A stretch of 63,608 bases of DNA, counting the filler, from Bigelowiella natans CCMP2755 (lineage: Eukaryota; Protista; Cercozoa), in NCBI GenBank assembly GCA_000320545.1. It is 8 parts of 8 records of this genome, joined end to end, with 100 filler letters (N's around TTAATTAATTAA, not from the genome) between each part and the next. Parts side by side here need not be neighbours in the genome. Positions count along the whole stretch, not along the records: positions 5,635 to 19,201 come from ADNK01001603.1; positions 19,302 to 26,854 come from ADNK01000294.1; 6 more parts are not named here. One strand, written 5' to 3'. Positions 11,350 through 23,503 of the stretch are shown here, piece after piece. The position numbers were made by a program, and so were the translations under genes. The stretch's first letter is position 1. Each line of letters starts with the position of its first letter. The notes beneath the pieces are model-generated. The model did not search any database. It worked only from the letters and a program-made list of their open reading frames with translations, and was not told where the DNA came from.

Positions 11350-14300
11350 ATGAGTGAAACCACAAAAAATGGGGAGGCTAGTAGTGACATTTCTCAGTGG
11401 CTAGAGAATGAGTTGGCTAACTCATCTGGAGACGCATCTAAGGTGAAGCCATTTATGTTCGAACTTCGATGAACATGAAGAACCAGTTCGCTTTTAGATA
11501 CACCCAAAATTTCTTAGTGGATACTAACACAATGTTTCCCAACCTCCGCTTGAATTTTGATGTCGCTTTAATGTGGGTTATCCTATAATTATAACGTTTA
11601 AATTACACCAGACAGACTCCACTGTCTCTTTTGCCGGTTTTCCAACACGGATATTACATGCAACGTGAGAATTGAGTCCTTTGTCATTTCGTATCTTAGC
11701 GAAACGTTGCTTCTTCGTCTTCCATGCCGGTTCGATCCCCAGCGTCGGATGTGTCCTCATGGTTAGAGAAGGAGCTGCAGGCTCCTGGACAGGTTACCAC
11801 TTTCTGAAGATTTCACTCAATAGAGTTCCTGTTACTGAAGGGTTATAAAAATTTCCTCAGCAAGAAGAAGAAAAGGACGATGAGTCTGGAGATGACGAGT
11901 ATGATGAGATGGCAAAATGGATGATGGAGACCATCAAGGAGGAATCGAATCCCGGGGAGATACCAGTTGGCGCCCCGCACGTGTCGGATGAGGAGTGGAA
12001 AATTTATGAGATCGACGTAAAAACAGATTCCCTCCCTCCGATATCAAAATCAGGTAGCCCTTTCACTATAATTAATAAGTCTTTCCTTCCAAAATCTCAC
12101 ACCGTTTTCATCAGGATGGCTCCAAAAGCGCGGGAGGGCAAATAACTCTTACAAGCGGAGATTTTGCGAGCTTAGAGGAAACGTTTTGTACTACTACCAT
12201 TCTGAGGTAGAACATAGTAGTATTTCCAAAACATGCCAACTAATCCATGTTTTCGCAGAAGAAAAATGAAGGAAAGGGGGAGGACAAGCGAGGCGAAATC
12301 AATCTTTTACGGGCAGAAATACAAGCGGAACGCGAGGAGAAGGGGGATAGAATGGTTCGAAAGAAAGATTTCTTGCATTATATAGACGCTGAAGCTGCAA
12401 GGTGAGTATATAATCCAAATGTTTTGATTTACAAGGACTAATTCATCGAAAAAAAACAGGAAACGAGGCGTGTGGATTGAGGGTGAGGAAGTTAGGAAAT
12501 GTATGAATCATACATGTCAACGAAAATTCGGTTTACATTGGAGGAGACACCATTGCCGATATTGCGGAAGAGTGTTCTGTAGTGAATGCATTACCACCGG
12601 GAGGGGTCGGAAACTTATCAACCAACCCTCTAGGGTAGAGAAGCAGGGTTATGAAGGTGTGAAGATATGTCACCAGTGCGCAGTACTCCCGGCGACAAGA
12701 ATGACCGAAAAATTAGAAAATTCTTCACAGAAAAAGACTAGCACTCTCCCCTCTAGAAGAAAAGTTGTGCAATCAAATGACGATATTAATCAAGGCGGCG
12801 CACTTGATTCCTCATTTGAAGACAGTACGAAGTACAATTCCGCGCCTATCGAAAGGAGCAGCGATAAACCTGCTCAGCTTCCAGCATCCTTTCTAGAGGA
12901 GCTTCAAAAACCAATAGCGGGGACAAGTGACCTCCTTGAGACTCCTACGATCGAAACAGATACTCCGGCACAGCTTCCGAGCGAATGGATGGAGCGACTC
13001 AGCACCCAAGGCTTAAGTTCTGAAAACGAGAAGATGAAGGCATCACCAAAAAGCTCTACGGAAAACGCGACAGCTGATGGCAATTCTAATTTAGCGAATA
13101 TCTCGAGATCTTTGGACTCAAAGGAGACACCTGCAAACGATTATGAAGCAAGAAAGGCAAATAGCATAAAACGACGGAAAAATCGAGCCTATAGACAAAC
13201 TTACACCAAAATATCCACGAAGCAATTGGATGTAGTTTTTGCAGACAAGACGAAACAGGACGAAGAGAAGAAGTCCAAAATTCAGGCTAATGCGGATGAG
13301 GGGGAGGATGATGGACCGCCGATAGAGCAAATCTCGAGTGTCCAAGATGAGCAAGGTCTCCAAAAGGGTGGGATTCCTGAGAACACCCCGAGGTCAAAGT
13401 GGGATACCGTCATCTTCAGTGTTCATCCACAGGGTCTTACAAGGAGGTACAAATTCCAAGCAGAATCTCCTGAGATATGCAAAGAATGGGTTAGGGTCTT
13501 GCTCTTGCACTCAAAGAAACACGCAAAATCTATTCTAAAAAAACAGCCTGGAGAGCAAGAAATTGAGCCTGGAAGGACTACTAGAAGTGGTCTTGGATCT
13601 TTCATTGGGAAAAAGTCACAGGCTGAAATCAAACTGGAACCGAATATTCGAGATAAGCATCTTCGTTTTGCTTCCAAAAATCACTACTACGACGGCGGTG
13701 GAAAGGGTATCAGATCTAAGGCCACGAAGGATGGATTCGTGCGTACGGGTTATTTAGCAAAAGTGGGAATGCAAATTAGGACTTGGCATGTGCGGTTCTT
13801 TGCATTGAGGGGCAACATGTTGACATATTTCCGTATTTCTGGAGACACTAAACAGCAGAGGGGCACCATTTGGTTGCGTGGCGCAGAGGTCTGTAAAGTA
13901 GACAACGCGCCAGTCGGCTGGAGGGGTGCCAAAGAGGATACGGACGATGATGCAACTCCAACACTAACTCCGACGAGTGAGAATAACAATTCCAGGCTTT
14001 CCGGCTTCCATAGCAGGAATCCTACAAAACACATGTCAGTTGAATTATTTTGTTGAACGTCAAATATATGTTTAAAACCTCGTTCTTTCTTCACCTTTAT
14101 AGAGTTGCCAACTTCCGCAACAGCCAAGATTTTGGCGCCTCACCGAATGGCGACGCAAAGAATGCAAGAAGAAGAAGCAGTATTCACGCAAGACAGATTT
14201 CTGCAGACTCTCTTGAGCCGAACGTGCGGAAGGAAAAAACAAGATATGTATATGAGTTCCTCATAAAGACCAGGCAGCAGCCAAAAGGTAACTAAAATTG

Positions 14301-14473
14301 TGATGATTAAAGTAACACGACACCAAACTGAGTGCTTATTAATCTTAGCCAAACACGGAAACGAAGTTCACATTTCAAAGTTGAAGAAAGGTCGAAAGTA
14401 CCATGTGCGGGCCTCCTCGAGAAGAGATCGAAGGGAATGGATTAAAGCTATTAAATTTGCAGCTTCGCAGTAA
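11350..14473 (+). CDS. PH-FYVE-PH phosphoinositide-binding protein with short introns
   Basis: GWLQKRGRANNSYKRRFCELRGNVLYYY (PH N-half); C..C..F..RRHHCRYCGRVFCSEC..KICHQC (FYVE); RRYKFQAESPEICKEWVRVL (PH C-half); second PH GYLAKVG..TWHVRFFALRGNMLTYF ... RKYHVRASSRRDRREWIKAI; TAA at 14471-14473. Confidence 0.9.
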
Positions 14474-14639
14474 GCTTGGGTAGGAGCTTTCGTGGATGCC
14501 TCCACCAAAAGCAAATTGTGCCCACAAAGTTTCCTCTGTTCATAGATGTACATTACGTTAATCTAGCTTTCCCTCTGTCTGCACGAAATTATTGCACGTA
14601 ATCTCTCAAAAATAATCATGAAATGAGAATGATGTACTC

Positions 14640-14873
14640 TCCAGCTCAAACAATGCAAATTCACATAAGCTACTAGACTAGTACGCCTCAACGCTACACA
14701 CAGCGTCTAAAAAAAGGTGTACGCATGTTACGATATTAGCACATTGCATTGCAATGATGAATAGAATGTGACAGCTTGTGGTCCGATCCGTGCGCTAGAA
14801 CAAGCAGATGCATTTTTAGCAGACTTGCTGCATTCTAGCATTGCATGAATGCAATTGTGAATCTAGACACACG

Positions 14874-14917
<44 letters not shown>

Positions 14918-15180
14918 GCACAGCAAGGCACACAGGCTCCATATGGCCTTAGTGCACGTACATGTACGATGCGATGTGCTTGCTAGTGCATGCTAGAGTG
15001 CTACCATGTGCAGCTGCATCATGCCTCGACATATCTAGATATCGCACATCAGCTAACAGGTAGCACCTAATTATCGATCTGCTGCGCTAGACAAGCAACA
15101 ATGTAGCTCGCTCGATCAGCTGTATATATGTAGTAGTTTAGACAGTGCTAGTGCTGGTGCTGCTGCGATGCGAGCCTCGT
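14640..15180. other. Partially TpA-depleted, CTAG-rich intergenic tract between convergent genes
   Basis: Many TGCA, CATG and CTAG; gtgctagtgctggtgctgctgc (~15145-15166) reads like a converted (TAC/TAG)n repeat. Confidence 0.55.
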
Positions 15181-15440
15181 ATGAATCTTTTTTCATATGA
15201 ATCTCCTTTTGTGTTTCTAAACCACAAAAGACTATATATATAGAGACATGAATTGTGAATATTTTCGTGTTTGTAGAAGTAAATATTTTTTCCTATCTAC
15301 AGTGAAGACTACTTAAACCTATCAGGTTCACTATCGATAATGTTCAAATTAGAAGTTCAATGTCCGCTCGCCGCCACTACCTCGAAGAGAAATAACTTCT
15401 ATGCAACCTTTTTAATGTGCCAACAACTATGGAAATGTCA

Positions 15441-15818
15441 TCAGTCATCTCTATAGGATTTTATGTCAGCACGTTTTGTATCCTCTTCGTCTGCTTTCAC
15501 AGGGTTTGCAGCATCTTTCTGCATTTTCTCTATCTTCGCTAAAGTCATCGACTTTATGGGCATGATTTTCGGCTTACATAGTACTTCACTTAGGTTTGCC
15601 TTCTCCGAATAAACCAGCCCAGCCTTCGGCAATATCTCTTCTATTTTGATTTTCTGAGGAAAATAAGGGTTCAAAAAGAGTAATGTAGGAAAGAGCCTTA
15701 AAACTCAAGAAATATTAAGATGGGCTTGATAAAAAACCTTTGAGAATTTACGTTAACCCTCCAGACCGCAGTCCCAAACCCTTCTCTCCTTCCATTGGAC
15801 TCTTACCTTCGAAGCCAT
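15441..15818 (-). CDS. BBIP1: BBSome-interacting protein 1 (BBIP10/BBS18)
   Basis: Exon 1 MASK (15807-15818, gtaag donor); exon 2 KIKIEEILPKAGLVYSEKANLSEVLCKPKIMPIKSMTLAKIEKMQKDA matches the BBIP10 motif E.LPK.G....VLCKPK.LP.KS.TL.K.EKMQ. Confidence 0.88.
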
Positions 15819-16080
15819 TTTGGAAGCGAAGTCTTCCTTATCAGTTTCGGGCGTGGTGAGCTTACGTTTCCAAGTTCAAGGCTGTTCGTCCCTTGCGACA
15901 TATAATTAAATTTGTCGTACAGCGACATACTGCTTAGTTTCCAGACGGATTTCTTGAGGACCAGATCACACTTAACTTTCGACATTGGGTCTATTGTCGT
16001 AGGACAAAAGCAACCTAGGATCCTTCTAGTTGTGGGATTGGAGTTGTCGCAGGACAAAAACATATGTTGATTCTTCTTGT

Positions 16081-17330
16081 GCGGGCTGCTGGACTCACAA
16101 TTGCGTCGACGCCACATTCTGGCATTGCCACGCTGCGACGTGCTGCCGTTCACACAATGCTGCTGCTCCACAATGGCCAGCATGCCATTCTTGAGTTCCT
16201 TCTGTTTTCACAAGTTAGACCTCACTAAAGTTAGTTCGAGGCACTGCATTTCGTGCACTGCAAACGTCTTGCAACACCAGAACACTTTGGAAACGTGGTT
16301 CGTCATCATTGCTCATTGTTCACTCACTCTTGTTGCACACAAAGTGACTTTGCTTCCTTTGCTTGCTCAAGGTGAAAAGATCGAAGCACCACAAGAAGGA
16401 ATGCACAGGGAGAAAAAAGAAATCAAGATTGCATGAAGCTGCACAGGTCACATGCGGTGTGAGGCATCCTGGCATCAGTGGTGGTTGGTGGTGGGTTCCA
16501 GACCAGTGCAGCACAGGCCCTCGTGTCTAGGTGTGCCTTGTGAAGGCGAGTTGGACGTTGTGAAGACGCTTTTGGAACAGAAGGTGAAATCGAGGCCACA
16601 GACACGTGCGGACACACTGCTCACGGCTCAGCAAAATCTCACCAAGTTGAAATTTGGATCAAGCAAAACTGGAAATGAAGTGCGTCGAGACGTCGAGACA
16701 CGGATCCACGTGTTTGGCAGAGACCTGGCGTGCTTGCACTTCTTGAGCTGAGCACGGAATTGAAGGCGGCTTTGCTAGTTTGGGAACGCCTCCGCCACCC
16801 CATGAAGCAGCGAAGTGATCGCCGCAAGTGCCATCGGAAGAAGGAAAACAACAAGAAAAAGAATCGTCGTCGGAGCAGAGTCATGTGGTTGGATTTTTCC
16901 GCCAGTGAACTCTTCGATCAGAACTCTCTCACGACTCCACGCTGGGGAAAGGGTTGGACGCATGGGGGCATTCGACTTGGCTGCGAGGCCACAATGCCAG
17001 AATGGACCCAACGCATGTCTCAACTCAATTGATCTGAAAACAATGTTGTCCCCACAACAACAGTTGAAATTCGTGTCACGCCCGCACATGCCTAAAAAAT
17101 TGCAAGCTGCCGATCTCACGTGCGCGTGTCCAGTTGCTTGGTTGTGCGCGTGGATTCGACTCTACCCAGTGCTGTGTGACGTGGACACATTGTGCTTGCA
17201 CTTTCGATCGCATCATTGCCATGCGCGCGCACAACGGCTTCCTGCTAGCCTGCCATGCTGCATGGTCAAGTTTCGCTGCAGTTCCCATTGCTAGGTTGTG
17301 CGATCGGCATCGGCGGTGCAATCAGTTGGT
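16081..17330 (+). pseudogene. Decayed ankyrin-repeat gene inside a strongly TpA-depleted tract
   Basis: Ankyrin-like pieces HNGQHAILEFL and CEGELDVVKTLLEQK/EIEATDTCGHTA with frameshifts; 9 TA in ~1250 bp. Confidence 0.65.
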
Positions 17331-17771
17331 GGCTGCATATATGTGCGCGTTGGCAACAACCTGCTGTGCATTTTTGATACATGGCAGCTAGTGCAGCTTG
17401 CATCACTGCACTGCGCCACGGAGAAGTGCATTGCTTTGCATGAGGATGGTTGTTGCTACTTCCAAACGATCGCGTCACCTCCAATGATTGTTCAGCTCAC
17501 ACATGATTTGTTGAATCAACATCGTGTGAGTTTTTCCCTCTGGTATTTCACATGAAAATAAAGTTGCTAACGTTTTCGGCTGTGCATGAATCATGAACAA
17601 AGGGTACAGAGTAGTGCTCGAAAACGCTGACAATTCTGATGGGTTGGCGATGATGCTTGAAAGGGTAATTTTTTATGTAGGATATATGAATCTAGATTCC
17701 AAGCTCATATCTGCAGCCTTCCCAAACGACATCCCCGCCCAGAATTTTATCTGAGGTTTGAGAAACGACGA

Positions 17772-18226
17772 TTATGACCTGGAGCGACGCCGTCGCCTGC
17801 TCCTTGAAGATCCTTCGTCCCTCCTACTTCTTCGCCTAATGAGCGAGCATAATAATGGGTGGCAAGTTGAGATTGTAATGATAGTCACATAATATTAACG
17901 ACGACGATGATGGCGATGATGTACCTATCTCTATCACGCCGATCTCTTTCCCTGCTATCGTCATCTCTACTCCTTCTTCTATCCCGCCTGTCCTCTCGCC
18001 TTCTGCTGTTGCTGCTGCTTTCACGGCCTCCTCCTCCCCTGTCGTTCTCACTCTCATGTCTCCTTCCTTCGCTCCCCCCCCCACGACGTTTTCTGCTCTT
18101 TAGCGGGTCCCGTTTGTCCACGGTAGGGTCGTAGAAGGTATACTCTAGCCTGTTTCGATAGTAACTCAGCTATCTACCTATTACTGTGGTGATGATGGAT
18201 TTACGTACACACGCGTGCGCCTCTCT

Positions 18227-18272
<46 letters not shown>

Positions 18273-18620
18273 ATGTGTGTGTGTGTGTGTTTCTCCCTTT
18301 TTCACACACACACACACACACATACACACACGCACGCACACATATTCTACACTCCCTCTTTATATATGATTGTTTTGTGTGTCAACGACGATGATGATGA
18401 TAATGATGATGATAATGATGATGATAATGACGACTCACGCATCGGGGTTCCGAGCCATAGGATCATAATCCTGTACATGTACATAAGACAACAGTGGCAA
18501 AGTGACTGAGGAACAACCGGGAGGGGACAAGCAGCCACAACGATGGACACCAACAATCACAACACATTTCGATAAGAGTAGGAAGATTGCAAGCGTAGGC
18601 GCATCATCTCTTCCTCCCCC

Positions 18621-18653
<33 letters not shown>

Positions 18654-18710
18654 AATGATCATTATTGTTTGCAGTTGAGGAGGTATTAGCACGTGGTAAG
18701 CAAGTAAGCA

Positions 18711-18748
<38 letters not shown>

Positions 18749-18985
18749 GCGGCCTCTTCTTGAATTCAAGAGCATGAGTCATCCACCTGTGTACGACGTG
18801 CATGACGTAGTATTAGCAGCAGCAGCAGCAGCATTGAATGTGTTTATGTGTGTGTGCGCGCGCGCGCGCCCCTCCTCCTCCTCATCCTCCTCCTCTTTTA
18901 ACAACATTAGTATTAATAACGCTAGGATCACACCACTACTACCCTTCATCGTTATCTTCGTCTTCGTCCATATCCTCGTCATCTG
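17772..18985 (-). CDS. CWC27: Spliceosomal cyclophilin CWC27-like, C-terminal exons; 5' part lost at the gap
   Basis: Spliced DDEDMDEDEDNDE-WMTHALEFKKRPQ-DYDPMARNPD-YTFYDPTVDKRDPLKSRKRR plus an R/S/D-rich tail, resembling the CWC27 C-terminal W..H.L.F...Y..YDP..KRR region. Confidence 0.6.
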
Positions 18986-19020
18986 TTTTGTTGGTGGTGC
19001 GCATAGTTGGAGAACATATA

Positions 19021-19096
<76 letters not shown>

Positions 19097-19326
19097 CAGG
19101 TACTGCTTCCCACGCACATATGGATTATACGATGAAGGGGTAGAGTGGTGTGATCCTGGCGTTTTTATATTATGTGTTAAAGAGGAGAAGGATGAGGAGG
19201 ANNNNNNNNNNNNNNNNNNNNNNNNNNNNNNNNNNNNNNNNNNNNTTAATTAATTAANNNNNNNNNNNNNNNNNNNNNNNNNNNNNNNNNNNNNNNNNNN
19301 NTACACTCTCACACACATACACACAG

Positions 19327-19357
<31 letters not shown>

Positions 19358-19399
19358 CGTTTATGTTAATTGTAAGAGCCCGTCGTATTAAAGATTCTT

Positions 19400-19651
19400 G
19401 CGTAAGAATGACTCGTAGCGGGTTATCTTCCGTCCAAGTTGTAAAGGGAGGGATAGACTCACCTGCACGTGGAGGGTACTAGTAGTAGTAGTAATAGTAG
19501 TGGTAGTAGAAGTTGAGTCAGTGCCAGAGGTGTTGAGATGGAATCCTAACGTTTATCTTCCATAATTGGTTTAGCACATGCTCAGACAGAATGTGCGTAG
19601 CCCCTCCTCCGTTCATTCATTTCATTGCGCAGTCGTCTATGATTTAAAAGC

Positions 19652-19685
<34 letters not shown>

Positions 19686-20664
19686 GGGGGGGAGAGCGAA
19701 AGGGGTACGATGATGGAGGATCAGAAGCTCACGAATGAGTTTGGAGGATACTCAATCTATCAATGGACGTAATCGTTGTCATTGCTCTCTCTCCCTCTCT
19801 ATGTTGTGTTGCTTCGATGTTATGGCAGGCAAGGAACTGCCTTCCCCCGCATCGACGTCAGGTAGTAAATAGAAGCAGAAACAGCAGCAGCATACAGCAC
19901 CATTCTCTTCTCCATTACAAAACGGCGTCACGTGTACAATCATAAAAGAACATCATAAAAACGTGTGCTCTCCTCCTCTCCCCTCCCTCGTAGACTCGAT
20001 AACGGAGTTTTGGGAAGAATCTTCATCGAGGTAAACTCTGCACGAAAATGCTGCCTGCCAAGATGAAATCATTGCCCGATATGTCGACCGAGTGGAGGAG
20101 TAATATATTTGAAAGAGCACATGCCCTCCTAGCTTAGCAGCGCGACGATGATGATGCCATCGTCATTATCATCATCATCATCATCATCATCATTATCATT
20201 ATCATCGTCATTAATGCTCCGGCTTTCTGTGTGTATTTGACGTCGCTGCCAGCTGATGAGTATGCCCGTCGTCATCATTCACTTCTGTTGATTCATGAGA
20301 ATATCATTATTATTATTATTGTTATTATTATTATTATGAATGAATTACTTAATTTAATTATCGCAGCAATATGCTGGCATTGACGGAGCACGATAAGTTC
20401 TTTGAGATCGAGGAGGGGGGTAGCACTGTGCAGGTGAGAGAGCGCCGCACCGGCAGCAGTAGTGATCATGATGATGATGATAATGATGATGATACTTGAT
20501 TGACTGACTGACTAACTGAGTGACTGCCTCCCCTTCCTCCCTCCCTTCCTCCCTCCCTCCCTCCTTCTCCCCCAAAAGGACTGGCTCACAGATCTAAAGC
20601 AGCACAATCCAAGGACGATTCCGTAAGATATTGCAGTTTCTCCCATCGAGGACACAATGGCGCG

Positions 20665-20698
<34 letters not shown>

Positions 20699-20939
20699 TC
20701 AATTGTAAGTTTGTACCTTCCCTCATAATCTTCTCTTTCTTCTAGATCCTTCATCTCCCCCCCCTCCTGCTCCTCCCTCTGTAACGCATATACTTTGTTG
20801 TTGTCGTCGTCGTTATCAGGTACTGTTTTTACCACAGCAAGAAGCTGCACATGGCTATGGAAGTTGGCTTTATTCCAGGCACTCGTCGTGTAATGAAAGA
20901 ATTTGTCAAAGGTAATGTGTACGTCCTAGCAGTGTTAGC

Positions 20940-20973
<34 letters not shown>

Positions 20974-21105
20974 TTAGAATCATGAGTTGTTCATAATTGT
21001 GTTTTTTAGAGGCATGAGACAATGAGCGGCTCGTGAAGAATCGCATTTCTCATGCATATATGATTTCTCATGTATATGCAAATTCCCGCGCACAGACACA
21101 CATCC

Positions 21106-21142
<37 letters not shown>

Positions 21143-21627
21143 TATATATATGCACACGCTCAGCTGAATGCTCCTTCTTCTCCTCAACTCCCCCCCCCCC
21201 CCCCTATCAATAACACCGAAAGGCTTTCGCTATCGCCACAAGGGTACGTGTATGTATGATGCAAAGCACAATCATATAAATACGGATGAAGATGGGAGTT
21301 CTATGAGTCGTATCATCATCGTAGTTTACTTGCATCCCTTCTCCTTCTCCTCCTCCTTCTCCTTGATCATTATACGAACAGATCATCGCTCCGTGAGAGC
21401 ATTGATAAACTACTTCAAAAAGCACGCAAGCAGGTCGTTCCCATGTCCAGTGCCTAGCTTCTTTTCAGTTTTGCTGCTGCTGCTGATGATGATGATGATG
21501 ATAGTGATGATGACTGTATTGCTGACTGCACGCAATCTTATGATTATACTCTGTATACCAATGCACATATGATGCAAAATAACATGCATTTCTTTATATA
21601 TATGTTAATATGTGTTAATTAATCTTG

Positions 21628-21667
<40 letters not shown>

Positions 21668-22756
21668 TGTTGGGCGCCACATTGTTATAGGCCTCCTCCT
21701 GAAGTTCAGAGGAAGATCCAAACCGCACGGGCTAATAATGCGGCTGGTGGAAGTCATAGACAAGCAGTAAAGAGGGAGGCGGGTATGTTCTTTCGCCAAA
21801 ATAACACTACGCGCTGCTGAATACGACAACGACGACCGAAGCTGTACGAATATAATGAGCAGCAACTCCGGCGAGAGTGACAATGACGAACATCATTCCA
21901 ACTAACTAATTCTTGGAACAAGAGTCAGATGATATATATGTCCTCCTCTTTCTTTTTCTTTATTTTCTTTTCATGAACTCCTTCCTCTCCCCTATCCTCT
22001 CTTTCTCCTTTTCTCCATACACAGATCGTACTACTCGTGGGTCTTCATCTTCATCCCGAGGAGTGAAAAGTAAGACGCATAGTAGAATTCTGTGCCATGA
22101 ACATCGTCGTACAATCATCGTAATCGTTGTCGTCGTCATCACCAGCGCCGTCTTTTGATGGATTACTCATACCTAAATATGTGTCTATGAGTAGGCGAAT
22201 CCTCGTCCCGTCAGCAACGGGGGGGCGGTGGAGACAGGGGCCGCACGACAAGGTGGGTTATCTTGCTTCTCATCATGTATCTTATCGCTGGAACTATCCC
22301 TATGCAACTTAGAGAGTGCTAGCACTACCAATAACGTCTAAATTTATGGTTTAACTTGCTATCGGCCGCAGGTATCAGCCGGGAATGCAAGTGCGAGCCT
22401 TTTTCGCGCAGGACGGTCAATGGTACCCAGCCAAGGTGGGTATTGTGATTTTGTATGGCTTTTACTTTCATGCGTAAATGATGAGGATGGTGGTAAACGT
22501 GATCGCGAAGACGAGCTTGTGACGTTGATAGCGATATTTCCCTCTCCAGATGGAGCAAAAATTTGGTCATGCTATGTATCGTTGAAACCACCTCTATTAT
22601 TCCAAAACATTCTAGAAGCCACGAAATTCATAAGAGTTGCTGTCTCTTTTTTTGGCACAGATTATTGGGCAAGGTCGTCAACCTGGAACTTTCGCCGTTG
22701 AATATCAAGGCTTTCCGGGCGAATATCACGATTTGCGTGAGCAAGATCTTACATAA
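19400..22756 (+). CDS. SPT6: Transcription elongation factor SPT6, 3' part (tandem SH2) with a C-terminal Tudor domain
   Basis: Exons VIFRPSCKGRDRLTCTWR, MEDQKLTNEF, DEIIARYVDRV, LKQHNPRTIP, GFIPGTRRVMKEFVK, ITPKGFRYRHK and HRSVRALINYFKKH match the Spt6 tandem SH2. Last exons give YQPGMQVRAFFAQDGQWYPAK-IIGQGRQPGTFAVEYQGFPGEYHDLREQDLT*. Confidence 0.85.
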
Positions 22757-22859
22757 TAGTCGGACATCATAGATGATATCAACTCAGTTCTAACACACTC
22801 TAGTGTCATCCAATAGCAAATGGAATCATCATGTTGTGGTTTTAAGACGAAAATCTGAA

Positions 22860-23450
22860 TCGTTTCACTCAGATATCTAGATATGTGTTTGCAATCATTT
22901 GCTTTGCATGTGTGTGGGCGCGCTGTGTATCTTCATGTCTAGATGTGCATGTTTTGAGCCATTGGACAAACTAGCAAGTCTAGAAGTGTAAGAACGCGCT
23001 AAATGCATGTGTGTATGATCATGTGTGACGACATGAGCGGCTTGTGCATGCACGCAATAGCTAGGCATCACACCACTACCCCGTTAGTTATTGTTATTGG
23101 TGTGCTCTAGATGCACATGCATGCAATGATGCGAGAGTTGGCACAAGACAATGAGAGTCACCAAGCAAGACTAGACCTTCAAACATGTCAGGCCACACAG
23201 TCATGTGTGCATGCAAACCGACCGAGCCAATGGCAACATGCAGCACATTGGTCATGCTGCCCTTTCTAGCTTTCTCAAAAGCTAAAGGGACTGCTGGACA
23301 TTTTCGAACCAAAAGTTCAAGAGACTCCTCGCAGCGTCAATCATCAGAATTGTGAATCATGAGAACGTATCGACACAAAAATGAGTCAGAAGCTTGCATC
23401 AGGCGAGGGACTTCATTGACAAAAAGTGAATTTGCATCATTAACTCTTGA
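22860..23450. other. TpA-depleted, CTAG-retaining intergenic tract between convergent genes
   Basis: 23101-23440 has 5 TA (3 CTAG, 1 CTAA, 1 GTAT) in ~340 bp, next to a TA-rich gene. Confidence 0.7.
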
Positions 23451-23503
23451 ACTTGAAATGTACCGAGAACTAGGATGCATCTAATGAAAATGGCACAAAC
23501 TTT

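Noticed and set aside
16081-17330. CpG methylation decay or classical RIP as the cause of the TG/CA excess
   Set aside because: CpG remains common and TpA is the depleted dinucleotide; RIP would raise TpA.
18875-19201. ~75-bp imperfect inverted repeat (18875-18952 vs 19129-19201) as a MITE or hairpin
   Set aside because: The second arm ends at a contig edge and differs mostly by single-base indels, typical of a low-quality fold-back or chimeric read. No TSD seen.
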